From a virus, in the IMG/VR virus record IMGVR_UViG_3300042507_003741, positions 1 to 64,000 of that record: DNA of 64,000 bases; one strand, given 5' to 3'. The position numbers and the translations under genes were made by a program. Below, one piece after another: positions 9,336-18,704 of the stretch. The notes beneath the pieces are model-generated. The model saw nothing but the letters and a program-made list of their open reading frames with translations. It made no database searches and had not been told where the DNA came from. Each line of letters begins with the position of its first letter. Positions within the stretch are counted from its first letter, which is position 1.

Positions 9336-10214
9336 ATGACACCGACAACTCTCACCATCGGGTCGGGGCTCGGCGGCATCGCCATCCTCAACACCAAGAC
9401 GGTCAACCGCGACCGCCTCTACTGGGCGGCGGACAACGTGAACTGCGGGCAGTTCGTCCCTGCCCAGCCCGCTCGCACGACCGTGCTGCGGGACTGCATG
9501 AAGGACGTAGCCGACAGCCTGTACGGCCGCATCCGCAGGCAGCCCAACGTGGTGCGGCAACTGGACGACCCCGCCTCGTTTGAGGTGGTGCGTGTGGTGC
9601 CGGGCCAGTCGCAGAACGAGTACCGCTTCCTGTTCTCGGCCCTCATCGGCACGAACTGGGACGTTGGCATCCTGGAGTACGACTCCGCCGGGCCACGCGG
9701 CTCACAGGTTCTCGCCTCGCTCGACCCTGCGGTCGTGCAGCAGCGGGACTACCTGCCGTCCAGCGTGGTCGGTCAGGTGGTGGTCAAGATGCTCCGCCAC
9801 TGGAAGGCCACGCCCCTCAAGGACGACGGCGGCGTGTGGTTCATGCTGGGCCAGACGCTTGAGGACTTCCGCACGTTCGCACGCCTGCTGCTCGGGCCTC
9901 ACGCAGACGGCCCGCGATTCACCGTTCACCAAGTCGAGATCGCGTCCGATCCCGACACGGTGATGCACGTTCTCGACCGGCTCGGCTCGGAAGTGCAGGC
10001 CGGTCTGGCGGAGATCATGACCGACGTGATGGAAGCGACCGGCGGCATGGCCGACCGCTCTATCAACGTGCGAATCAACAGGGCCGACAGGTTTCTGGAG
10101 AAGGTGCGGTTGTACGAGCAGGTGCTCGGCCGACCGCTGCCCGAACTGACTGCGGCCATCGACCAAGTGAAGCAGGCAGTCGCCGTCAATCGGCTGCTGG
10201 CTGCGGCTGTCTGA
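9336..10214 (+). CDS. Hypothetical protein, possibly DUF3150/DUF6744-like partner of the AAA-vWA module
   Basis: 292 aa; GGVWF motif and helical C-terminus; context upstream of AAA/vWA; family call tentative. Confidence 0.6.
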   Translation: MTPTTLTIGSGLGGIAILNTKTVNRDRLYWAADNVNCGQFVPAQPARTTVLRDCMKDVADSLYGRIRRQPNVVRQLDDPASFEVVRVVPGQSQNEYRFLFSALIGTNWDVGILEYDSAGPRGSQVLASLDPAVVQQRDYLPSSVVGQVVVKMLRHWKATPLKDDGGVWFMLGQTLEDFRTFARLLLGPHADGPRFTVHQVEIASDPDTVMHVLDRLGSEVQAGLAEIMTDVMEATGGMADRSINVRINRADRFLEKVRLYEQVLGRPLPELTAAIDQVKQAVAVNRLLAAAV

Positions 10215-10241
10215 CCAATCCCACTCACTAAGGAGAGTGTT

Positions 10242-10559
10242 ATGCGTACGCTTCGCCTCGACTACAGCAAGTTCATCAGCGAGTACAAGGAAGCCCTGTC
10301 GTGTGACCTGCACTTCAAGGAGTTCTTGCAACTCGCCGGCATCAGTCCGTTCATGCTCAACGACAGGCTCAAGACGCTGGCCCGACGCGGCCTCGTCCTG
10401 CCCAAGTTGAAGGGCATGCGGAACAGGAAAAGCGGGGCCGCCCCCGCTCGTCGCAAGGTCAGACGCCCGCGCGTCTCGTCCAGGCCGAAGGCGGGTCACG
10501 CCACGCCCGCAACCGTGCGGGAAGCGGACTTGGCCTTCGTGATCTGCGTCGGCGGCTGA
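10242..10559 (+). CDS. Basic hypothetical protein, possible HTH
   Basis: AAGGAG RBS. Confidence 0.6.
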   Translation: MRTLRLDYSKFISEYKEALSCDLHFKEFLQLAGISPFMLNDRLKTLARRGLVLPKLKGMRNRKSGAAPARRKVRRPRVSSRPKAGHATPATVREADLAFVICVGG

Positions 10560-10662
10560 CGTTTTCCCCGCAGTTTTCCCGCTGCGGAGTCTGTTTGTGG
10601 GGGGCGGGGTAGCATCGTGCCGCCCCGCCCCCATTCCTTCCCTACTCAGGAGCATTTCGATC

Positions 10663-11766
10663 ATGCCTCGCACCACACTCGGCAACACCCCCGCGTTCCT
10701 CGCCTGTCAGGTCGCTCCCGTTCTGGTCACGGGCGGCACGGGCGTCGGCAAGTCCTCAACGTGGGAGGCACTGGCCGCCGCACTTGGGCGGGCGTTCGTC
10801 CCGCTGCTCGGTGCCACCCACCTGCCCGAAGATTTCTCTGGCTACCCCATCCCTGACCACAAGGCAGGCGTCGTCCGCATGATGCCGACCTCCCTGTGGG
10901 ACAAGACCAAAGACGGCAAGGCTCTCGTGCTCGTGGACGAGGTGACCAACGTGCCGTCTGCCACGCAAGGAGGCTTGCTCTCCGTCCTGTCGGAGCGACG
11001 AGTCGGCGAGTACGTCATGCCGGCATCGACCATCATCGTCGGTGCGTGCAACCCACCGGAACTGTGCCCCAATGCGGTGCCCCTCGCGCCTGCCATGCGG
11101 GCACGGTTCGTCCACTTCCCATGGGAGGTGGACTACGACCACTGGTTCACCGGCCTGCGGGCTGGCTGCCATTGGACGGCTCCGCAGTTCCCCATCGTGC
11201 CGGAACACTGGACCGACTTCCTCCCGCAGTTCGGCTCGCTGGTGGAGGCGTTCCTCCGCTCGGCACCCGACGCTCGGGAGAAGTTGCCGCAGGACGACGA
11301 GACGATGGCGTTCCCCAACCTGCGGACCTGGACGTTCCTCGCCAAGTGCTTCGCTGCGGCGGGTGCCTGCGGGTACGAACAGAAAGACCCCATCTACCGG
11401 CCGCTCGCCGTTGGCTGCGTCGGTGCGGAGGTGGGCGGCGAGTTCCTCCGGTACTGGCACCGGCTCGACCTGCTCAATCCGGAGGCGTACCTGTCCGGTG
11501 CGGAGGACTACAAGTACGAGCGTCGGCCCGACGCCAACATCTGCTTCCTCACTGGGCTGGTGAAGTCGCTGCGTGACAACACCAGCAAGGAGCGGTGGAC
11601 TCGTGCGGCGGAGGCATTCATCACCATCGGGGAGCAGGAGATCGAGTCGTTTCTCATGCAGTTCCGTTCGTTCTGGAATCCTGTCAGCAAGGGGGGCGTG
11701 CGTCCCGATGGCTGGTCGCCCCCGAAGGACGTGCTGGCGAAGTTGATGGCTCTGGTTCAGTCGTGA
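10663..11766 (+). CDS. MoxR-like AAA+ ATPase
   Basis: Walker A GGTGVGKS, Walker B LVLVDE, sensor GACNP, AMRARF arginine finger. Confidence 0.88.
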   Translation: MPRTTLGNTPAFLACQVAPVLVTGGTGVGKSSTWEALAAALGRAFVPLLGATHLPEDFSGYPIPDHKAGVVRMMPTSLWDKTKDGKALVLVDEVTNVPSATQGGLLSVLSERRVGEYVMPASTIIVGACNPPELCPNAVPLAPAMRARFVHFPWEVDYDHWFTGLRAGCHWTAPQFPIVPEHWTDFLPQFGSLVEAFLRSAPDAREKLPQDDETMAFPNLRTWTFLAKCFAAAGACGYEQKDPIYRPLAVGCVGAEVGGEFLRYWHRLDLLNPEAYLSGAEDYKYERRPDANICFLTGLVKSLRDNTSKERWTRAAEAFITIGEQEIESFLMQFRSFWNPVSKGGVRPDGWSPPKDVLAKLMALVQS

Positions 11767-11785
11767 CCCCACAGGAAACAGGAGC

Positions 11786-12001
11786 ATGCAAGACATGATT
11801 TGGAATCTCTTTCAGCCCGACTACGGCAAAGTCCCCAGCAAGGTCGGCCGCTACCTCGTGGCACGCTCGCACGGGTACGTCCAGATCGCACTCTGGAACG
11901 GCGACTACTTTGTCCCCGACGACTTGCCCACGCATCGACGCCTCAGCGACGTTGATTCATGGGCCGACATCCCCCAACCCCCTCACGGGAGAGACACATG
12001 A
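11786..12001 (+). CDS. Small protein, DUF551-like
   Basis: VDSWADIPQPP C-terminus; AGGAG RBS. Confidence 0.55.
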   Translation: MQDMIWNLFQPDYGKVPSKVGRYLVARSHGYVQIALWNGDYFVPDDLPTHRRLSDVDSWADIPQPPHGRDT

Positions 12002-13494
12002 CCCCACGACAACTACTGGGGCAGGCACGGGTACATACCTTTGAGTATGTCCCGTACCTCGCGTCATACATCTACTCCCTGCGTGAGCAGGAGACGCCGG
12101 GCATCGGCACGGCAGCAGTGGATGCGGCCGGCAACCTGTACTGGGATGCCGAGTTCGTATCCAAGATCGGTCGAGATCAGACCGCCTACCTCGTAGCCCA
12201 CGAGGTGTTGCATCTGATCTTCGACCACCACTCCCGGTCGCAAGAGATACTCGGCAAGAACCCGAGCGACTTGGAGCGATTCGTCTGCAACATGGCCGGC
12301 GATCTGGTCATCGAGCAGACGCTCTCCATGATGCGGCACTTGCGACCGGAGGGTGCCGTGTATCTGGGAGTAGAAGTGCCGGCGTGGGGCATCACGCTCG
12401 ACTTCCCCGAGAACAAGTCGATGCAGGAGTATTACCGCCTCATCATGGAGAAGTTGAAGAATGGCGACAACAACCAACAACAAGGAGACGGCAATGGGGA
12501 ATCTGATTCCGATGGGTCTGCCGGAGGTAGTGGTGAGCAGGGGGATTCGTCCGCATCCGGCGGCGACGATTCCGATGGACAAGGCGATGACGACATGGGC
12601 GGCGAGGGCAGCGACGGTGGCGATGGCAGTCAGGACGATGGGGGAGACGCTGACGAAGACGGTACTGAAGCGGACGGCAGCCCGAGTCCGTCTGGCAACG
12701 GAGCGGGGTCGCCTCCGTCTGAGCAGGGCACGGCACCGCAGCCGCCCGGTACGCCGGGCACGGGGGGCTCGTGTGCGGACGGGCTACCTCGCCCGTACGA
12801 GATAGACAGCGACGGGTCGTGGGAGGCGTACGGCGAGGACATGGCCGCAGCCCAAGCGGAGGACGCCATCGCCAAGTACGAGGCCAGCAATCCAGGCAAG
12901 GTGCCCGGCAATATCAAGCAGGCACTCAAGCAGAAGTTGCGGCCCACGCCCGACCCGTTCGCCCAGTTGCGGTCGGCGGTCTGCACCAGCGTGGCATCGC
13001 CGGTCGGCGGACGGGACTACTCCCACCGCCGCCGGTCACGCAAGCAGCCGCCGGGAGACGATGCCCCGATTCTGCACGGCCGCATCACCGTGCAGCCCCA
13101 CGCCGTCGTGATCGTGGATACGTCCTACTCCATGATGCGAACGGACATCCAGGCGAAGGCGCTCTCGGTCATCGCTCAAGGACTGCGGAAACTGGGGCGG
13201 GTCAAGGTCTACTGCGCCGACACGCAGGTGCAGTCGCACAAGACGGTCGCCACGACCAAGTTGTTTGAATGGCACGGCGGCGGTGGCACGGACATGCCCA
13301 CCGCCATCGCGCAGGTGGAGCGGGAGGACCGGCCCGACTCCATCGTTCTCATCACCGACGCCGAGACACACTGGCACGGCAAGAAGCCCCGTGCCCGTGT
13401 CGTCGTGGCGTACACCGGCAAGAAGGGATCGTCCTGGCACGCCGCAATCCCGCAGTGGGCTCGCGTTGTGCCTCTGTCTCAGGAAGGAGCATGA
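11998..13494 (+). CDS. DUF2201-type HExxH metallopeptidase-like plus vWA domain protein
   Basis: HEVLH; acidic Gly/Asp linker; MIDAS DTSYS, GGGGTD, ITD. Confidence 0.85.
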   Translation: MTPRQLLGQARVHTFEYVPYLASYIYSLREQETPGIGTAAVDAAGNLYWDAEFVSKIGRDQTAYLVAHEVLHLIFDHHSRSQEILGKNPSDLERFVCNMAGDLVIEQTLSMMRHLRPEGAVYLGVEVPAWGITLDFPENKSMQEYYRLIMEKLKNGDNNQQQGDGNGESDSDGSAGGSGEQGDSSASGGDDSDGQGDDDMGGEGSDGGDGSQDDGGDADEDGTEADGSPSPSGNGAGSPPSEQGTAPQPPGTPGTGGSCADGLPRPYEIDSDGSWEAYGEDMAAAQAEDAIAKYEASNPGKVPGNIKQALKQKLRPTPDPFAQLRSAVCTSVASPVGGRDYSHRRRSRKQPPGDDAPILHGRITVQPHAVVIVDTSYSMMRTDIQAKALSVIAQGLRKLGRVKVYCADTQVQSHKTVATTKLFEWHGGGGTDMPTAIAQVEREDRPDSIVLITDAETHWHGKKPRARVVVAYTGKKGSSWHAAIPQWARVVPLSQEGA

Positions 13495-14384
13495 ACATGG
13501 CAAAGCGAAGGAAGAAACTGGCACCACGCCTCTACACGTACGAGAAACTGGAGTCACTGCTGCGGCTGCATGCCGCCGGCAAGCGTTCGCACCGCTTGTA
13601 CAACTGCATCGCCGTGAACAGGCACGACCCGTACATCCAGATTGTCTACTGTGCCAAGAGCCTACGTGTCGTGCTTGCCACCGTCGGCAGAGGCAGCAAC
13701 GGCGATACCGTGTACACGGTGCCGGGAATGGGAAGTCGAGGCAAGACTCCCGAGAGTGCGGCAGCCATTCGCAAGTGGCGGCAGTACGTCCCAGTGTTCA
13801 CGCCCTGCGACGGCAAGCCTTTCGCGGCAGGCACATTCCGGCACTGGCGTGTGCGCGATGGAGTGGCAACGTGGTGCGAGAGAAAGCCGGGCACCTGGAT
13901 GCACGTTCCTCGCGGCATTGATGCCCGGCCCGACAAGTGGGCCGATGTCAACGCCAAGATGTACCCAAACTTCCCGCGCCGCTGCAAGTTCTTCGCCACG
14001 CGATTGAGAAAGGCGCTGGCTGCCGGTCCTCCTGCGGAACTGTCGCTCCTGGCTCTCCGCTCTAGCCGCGAAACCAACCTGCTGTGGAACATAGTGTGCG
14101 CACATGGGGACGGGCCGCGTCTCTCCGTCTGCACGCCTCCCACCGCCACGCAGGATGGCAGGCGGCTGCTCGTCAAAGTTCTCCTGCACGACAAGGAATC
14201 CCGCCAGCACCATCACATTGATGGCGACTACGGGATCAAGCACAACCAGTTCATTGCTCTGGAGGACGGCACGGCACAGTTGCGAGGCAACTGCCTGCGT
14301 TGGAAGTGCAGCAAAGACGCCATCGCAGGTATCGCCGAGTGGATCATGGGCGACATCTACATTCCCGGCCCAGACTCATTCTGA
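13491..14384 (+). CDS. Basic hypothetical protein
   Basis: ATGA coupling to vWA gene, AAGGAG RBS. Confidence 0.6.
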   Translation: MNMAKRRKKLAPRLYTYEKLESLLRLHAAGKRSHRLYNCIAVNRHDPYIQIVYCAKSLRVVLATVGRGSNGDTVYTVPGMGSRGKTPESAAAIRKWRQYVPVFTPCDGKPFAAGTFRHWRVRDGVATWCERKPGTWMHVPRGIDARPDKWADVNAKMYPNFPRRCKFFATRLRKALAAGPPAELSLLALRSSRETNLLWNIVCAHGDGPRLSVCTPPTATQDGRRLLVKVLLHDKESRQHHHIDGDYGIKHNQFIALEDGTAQLRGNCLRWKCSKDAIAGIAEWIMGDIYIPGPDSF

Positions 14385-14397
14385 AAGGAAAAGTGAC

Positions 14398-14610
14398 ATG
14401 AGTTTCTTCGACTACAAGTACGGCCACAGCACTGTCCGCGAACGCTTTCGCGAGATGCTCGGGCTCAACTCCGGGCCTATCGAGTGGGTCTTCCGGCTTG
14501 CGATCCTGGCACTGATGGTCCGCACCAGCCTCGATCCGACCGAGCCCATCTACATGGGTCCGTTCGGCTGGCTCTGCGTCGTGGTCTTCGTCTTCTTCTA
14601 CTTGCTCTAG
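14398..14610 (+). CDS. Small two-TM membrane protein
   Basis: AAGGA RBS; two hydrophobic segments. Confidence 0.6.
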   Translation: MSFFDYKYGHSTVRERFREMLGLNSGPIEWVFRLAILALMVRTSLDPTEPIYMGPFGWLCVVVFVFFYLL

Positions 14611-14621
14611 GAGTCACGCAC

Positions 14622-15362
14622 ATGCCCATCGTCTATGCGTATGGCCGGGCATCCACCGGCCGACAGACCATCACGGAGGACGCCCAGCGCTCCGTGTGCG
14701 AGGAGTACATCAAGCGGGCGCTCGTCCCGGAGGGCTACACCTACGGCGGCTGGCTCTACGACTCCGCCACCAGCGGCACTAAGCCGATGTTTGAGCGGGA
14801 CGAGGGCCGCAAGGTGTGGGCTCTCGTCCAGCCGGGCGACAAGATCGTGTGGGCCAAACTCGACCGGGCTTTCCGCTCCGTCATCGACGCCGCCCAGACG
14901 ATGCAGTTGCTCAACCGGAAGGAGGTGTCGTTCAACTCCCTTGATCTCGGGCTGGACACCGGCAGTCCCATCGGCCGCTGCGTGTTCACGATCCTCACGG
15001 CGTTCGCGGAACTGGAGGTGGAGTTCATCCGACAGCGAACCCGAGACAGCCTGCGTGCGAAGCGCCGGGCCGGCAAGCCGCACGGTCGCCATGCCCCCAT
15101 CGGCTGGAAGAAGTGCGGCAAAGGGAAGGACTCTTACTACCTGCCCGACCCGGAGGAGCGTGCGATGGTCGAGGAGATGGCCCAGAGGCGAGCGGCCGGC
15201 TGGTCGCTGGAGCGGCTGACCATGGCGTACTACAGAGTCAGCAGGCCGAATGGCTACAAGTGGAACATCAACTCCATCAGCCGGGCGCTCAAGGCACAAG
15301 CGGTTCGCTTTGCAAAAGCGTTTCCAGACAGCCCAAAGCGACGGCGAGTCGGCGCTGGATAG
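14622..15362 (+). CDS. Serine recombinase (resolvase/invertase family)
   Basis: YGRASTGRQ catalytic motif; SGT, KLDRAFR, AFAELE..IRQRT. Confidence 0.92.
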   Translation: MPIVYAYGRASTGRQTITEDAQRSVCEEYIKRALVPEGYTYGGWLYDSATSGTKPMFERDEGRKVWALVQPGDKIVWAKLDRAFRSVIDAAQTMQLLNRKEVSFNSLDLGLDTGSPIGRCVFTILTAFAELEVEFIRQRTRDSLRAKRRAGKPHGRHAPIGWKKCGKGKDSYYLPDPEERAMVEEMAQRRAAGWSLERLTMAYYRVSRPNGYKWNINSISRALKAQAVRFAKAFPDSPKRRRVGAG

Positions 15363-15813
15363 TGCGAGGGTCGCAACCCACCTGCTCGCCAATCTCCCGC
15401 AGGCTGAGTCCGCGAAAGAAACGCAAGTGGATCAGCCTGCGGGACTTGGCGGGGAGCCGGGCAATCGCCGCCTGGATTTTCGTGGACAGGACGCGCTGCT
15501 TGCCTGCGGCCACAGCCTCCGCAACCTCCATCGAGACTCGATCCGGCGAGTCATACCGCAGTCGCCGGTTGCGGTCGATCTCCTTGAGCAAGGCGTTGCG
15601 GATTGCCATCGAGAAGTAGGTCGTCACCTTTGACTTGGCTGGGTCGTACGTAACGGCCGCCTTGCAGATAGCCAGATACGCCACGCTCGTCGCGTCTATT
15701 GCGTTCGCCTGCCTGCGCAGGGATGGATACCTGCGACGGAAGGCTGCAATCGCCTTCGGCACAATCTCCATCGCTTGCTCGGCAAGCCGCTGCTGCTCTG
15801 CTGTCAGGTGCAT
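15289..15813 (-). CDS. Sigma-70-family RNA polymerase sigma factor (regions 2 and 4)
   Basis: AYLAICKAAVTYDPAK...TTYFSMAIRN; LIHLRFFRGLSLREIGEQVG HTH. Confidence 0.85.
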   Translation of the reverse strand: MHLTAEQQRLAEQAMEIVPKAIAAFRRRYPSLRRQANAIDATSVAYLAICKAAVTYDPAKSKVTTYFSMAIRNALLKEIDRNRRLRYDSPDRVSMEVAEAVAAGKQRVLSTKIQAAIARLPAKSRRLIHLRFFRGLSLREIGEQVGCDPRTIQRRLAVALGCLETLLQSEPLVP

Positions 15814-15852
15814 ACCTGCACTCTGACGCATGCGGCCCAAGTGGATAGGCCG

Positions 15853-16164
15853 CTACTCCCCCTCCGCCGGCAGCATCGCGACGGCGTCGGCCCATGGAAT
15901 CACTGCGACGCTCGCCAGGAGCGTGGCCTTGTCTGCCGCTTCCCACATCTCATGCAGCCATCCACCCGGCTGGATCGCATAGAGAAGCGTGGCCGGGAGC
16001 ATGAGCCGGCCGTCTGTCATCTGTCGCGGCATGGCGATGCAGTCCGGTCTGCCGTACGTGGCGTGCAGTTCCGCGAGCCGCTGGGCCAGTTGCGGCGAGA
16101 ACACCAGTGCATGGTTCTGGCAGAACTCTACGGACGGCGGGATGTCAATTTCGGAGAGGGTCAT
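15853..16164 (-). CDS. Hypothetical protein
   Basis: 4-nt overlap with upstream gene. Confidence 0.65.
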   Translation of the reverse strand: MTLSEIDIPPSVEFCQNHALVFSPQLAQRLAELHATYGRPDCIAMPRQMTDGRLMLPATLLYAIQPGGWLHEMWEAADKATLLASVAVIPWADAVAMLPAEGE

Positions 16165-17777
16165 GCGTCGCGTCCCATGGCGGCCTGGAACGCTTGTATG
16201 GCCGCGTTGTAGTCAGAGACTTGCTGCGCGGTCATACCTGCGCCGATGCTGTACGAAAGGATCCTGTGGTTAGCAAAAGATGCCGCCGTTCCCGCTGAAT
16301 TGGTGGCATAGACAAACCAGCCATTTGCGTGTGTTGCCGGCGTTGTGCTGGTTGTTCCTGTCACCTTGCTGGTGGCATTGTTGTACGTCGTAATCGCAAT
16401 GCTGCTCGTCCGAGTGCTCGTCCACAGTCCGCCTGGGAGGGTCGTTACACCGGCCCCGAACGTGTCGTCGCTGCTTACAGTTCCGCCCCACATGGCGCGG
16501 AACTGCACTAAGTTGCCGCCGGTCAATCGCTGAAAAATCTCAAACCGTTGCGACCCGCTCGCTGCACCCAGCAACGAGCGGCTACTGCCAGGAGTAAGCG
16601 ACGGGATGTATGCCGACAGGTGACCTGTTGCAATCTCAGGGATCGCGGCTGGCGTCAGTCCAGTAGACAGGTACTTACTGGTGCCGTCGCCCAAGAGTCC
16701 GCCGCTCGCGCCCGTCTCCGCGTAGTCAGTGATGGCGAAGTTGACGTTGGTATCCAGCGTGTTGCCAAACTGCGTGCCGCCCAGCGACTGCCCGCGATAG
16801 AGAGGCGTTCGGACGGCAATCAGTGAGGCGTCAGCAGTGCCGCAGAACAGGTTGAGCCGGTAGAAGCGGTCCCTCAACCCCGCCGCGTCGATGGCGTTGC
16901 AGAACGTATTCACCGCCGTCGCCGTAGTGGACGAGACGGTGCCGCCGTTGGCGTAGACGCGGTTCACCCAGTCTTGGGCATCGGTGTTGCTGACCTGCGG
17001 GGCAACGGTGATGCCCCACTTGCGCCCAAGGTAACGCTCAACCTGCAACCGCTGGGCGTCGGTGAGCACGCGGGGCCACACCAGCACCTCGCCGATCCAG
17101 CCGTCCAGCAGGTTCGCGCCGTTGCCGCCGCCGACAGAGACGGCCAGGCTATCGGTGTCGGAGGTGTTACCGGTGGTCTGGAACGACGTGTTGCTGCCAG
17201 CGAGAGAACTTTCGGCGTAGATGAATGCGTCCGAGTTGGCGTAGTCGAACACGGCAGACGCGATCCTTGGATTGGTCGTGCCTGTGCCGTTGACGCGGTT
17301 GAATGAATCGGCGTCCACTCGGCGGCCACCACCGGACAGGCTGCTTACGACCGGAGCAACAGAACCGAGAGCCGCGCGGGCCTGCGTGGAATTGGCTCCA
17401 GACGAAAAGATTACGGCCGTATAGCCCAGTGAAATCGTTGACAGCGCGTCCCATTTGACGGCCGCGATGATCGTCGCCCCGCTCACGTTTCGCAGAAACC
17501 CCAGCGTCGCGGCGTTGCCGAGCATCTCTTGGCCGCCCGTGTAGTCCAAGACGCGCCGGCCGTTCTGCGTGCGGTTCACCGCATTCGGCTGCGACGCTGG
17601 GGTCGCCTGCGCGACGTGCCGCCCGTTGCCCGACAGGTCGCGCCACTCGCTGACGGTGTTCCCGTTGAGCGTCAGGCTGCCGTCGTTGCTCGCGTCCAGC
17701 CACATGCCCAGATTCGGGATTGATCGCGGGTCAAATCCGCTGGCTCTGGGCCGCAGTAGCCGATTGTTCATTGACAT
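16161..17777 (-). CDS. LamG/concanavalin-like domain virion protein (putative adhesin or fibre)
   Basis: WLDAS..VSEWRDLSGNGRH; GWIGEVLVW..L..VERYL..KWG; Thr/Gly-rich. Confidence 0.7.
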   Translation of the reverse strand: MSMNNRLLRPRASGFDPRSIPNLGMWLDASNDGSLTLNGNTVSEWRDLSGNGRHVAQATPASQPNAVNRTQNGRRVLDYTGGQEMLGNAATLGFLRNVSGATIIAAVKWDALSTISLGYTAVIFSSGANSTQARAALGSVAPVVSSLSGGGRRVDADSFNRVNGTGTTNPRIASAVFDYANSDAFIYAESSLAGSNTSFQTTGNTSDTDSLAVSVGGGNGANLLDGWIGEVLVWPRVLTDAQRLQVERYLGRKWGITVAPQVSNTDAQDWVNRVYANGGTVSSTTATAVNTFCNAIDAAGLRDRFYRLNLFCGTADASLIAVRTPLYRGQSLGGTQFGNTLDTNVNFAITDYAETGASGGLLGDGTSKYLSTGLTPAAIPEIATGHLSAYIPSLTPGSSRSLLGAASGSQRFEIFQRLTGGNLVQFRAMWGGTVSSDDTFGAGVTTLPGGLWTSTRTSSIAITTYNNATSKVTGTTSTTPATHANGWFVYATNSAGTAASFANHRILSYSIGAGMTAQQVSDYNAAIQAFQAAMGRDA

Positions 17778-17848
17778 TTCATCTGGCCCGGAGTGCGAGG
17801 ACGAACACTGCGATCATCAGCAGCGTGAGGAGGATGTGCTCGATCATG

Positions 17849-18109
17849 TCAGTTCCTTCCCTCGTCCACTCCATTCGCTGCGGCCACCTTCGGCTGCAAG
17901 GCGTAGAGCAGCCGCGTCTGTTCGTGAACGGCTTCGGCTATGTCCCGCTGGGTCAGGGACATCTCCCGGAGAAACGCTTGGTGCGCCTCTACCATCGGCA
18001 GCACGATGTCCACTCGCACAAACCACAGCACGCAGGTCGCCAGCATGAGCCCAAACCCATACCGCTCCCACATCCGCAACGCTGTCTCGTACATGTCCGC
18101 ACTACTCAC
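17849..18109 (-). CDS. Holin-like membrane protein
   Basis: One TM helix plus coiled coil, within membrane gene cluster. Confidence 0.45.
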   Translation of the reverse strand: MSSADMYETALRMWERYGFGLMLATCVLWFVRVDIVLPMVEAHQAFLREMSLTQRDIAEAVHEQTRLLYALQPKVAAANGVDEGRN

Positions 18110-18471
18110 GGCTCACCTCTTGCTGCCCACTGCCACCCCGCCAGTTTCACGCGGTTCGCCGCTCTGGATAGCCACCACTCCAGGATGTGCTGCACGATGG
18201 CCGAGATGGCGGCCGACAGGATCAGCGTCCAGAAGAAGCCGTAGGTCTGCTCGCCGCCACGCAGCGCCTCGTAGGTGGCTGTCACTCTCTTGGTGGTTGC
18301 GTCCAGGATCTTCTCCTCCTCGACCGATCCCCTGCCGGCAGCGAGAAGCGGCTCAATGGGCCACTCCGTGACGGCGATCAGCACGAGGTCGTTCAGCCGC
18401 TCCTTGCCGACGAGGCGGGCGCGAACCGGAAGGCGGCGGCGGACGTGGTCGCACAGTTCGTCGGCCCTCAT
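18106..18471 (-). CDS. Hypothetical membrane protein
   Basis: Likely start MRADELCDH; C-terminal hydrophobic helix. Confidence 0.6.
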   Translation of the reverse strand: MRADELCDHVRRRLPVRARLVGKERLNDLVLIAVTEWPIEPLLAAGRGSVEEEKILDATTKRVTATYEALRGGEQTYGFFWTLILSAAISAIVQHILEWWLSRAANRVKLAGWQWAARGEP

Positions 18472-18704
18472 GGCTGCCTCTCGCACGAGCCATTGACGCA
18501 TCGCTGCGGCTTCGGCCGGTTCTTCGCACACGGACACGTCGCCGGGCATTCGCACCACACCCGCGTGATCCCGTCTCCCGTCGGCACCATGCCGGTGCCG
18601 TTGCACTTACCACAGCATTTCACTGCCGGCGGCGCGGGAGGAACAGGCGCGGAGGCTGGGGCGAACGCCAGCCACACCGCAACGGTGGCGGCCGTAATCT
18701 TCAC
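18468..18704 (-). CDS. Small secreted Cys-rich protein
   Basis: Signal-like N-terminus; CGKCNGTG...CECPATCPC. Confidence 0.6.
   Translation of the reverse strand: MKITAATVAVWLAFAPASAPVPPAPPAVKCCGKCNGTGMVPTGDGITRVWCECPATCPCAKNRPKPQRCVNGSCERQP

Larger units (their letters stand above)
2557..10593 (+). repeat. Ten dispersed copies of CCGCTGCGGAGTCTG (2557, 2840, 3095, 3599, 3957, 4411, 4837, 5908, 8129, 10579)
   Basis: Read directly; all intergenic, same strand, each upstream of an RBS/ATG; first copy has 14 of 15 nt. Confidence 0.95.

Noticed and set aside
2557-10593. CRISPR array interpretation of the 15-mer repeats
   Set aside because: Repeats are only 15 nt, spacing is 250-2450 nt, the intervals hold whole genes, and no cas genes are visible.
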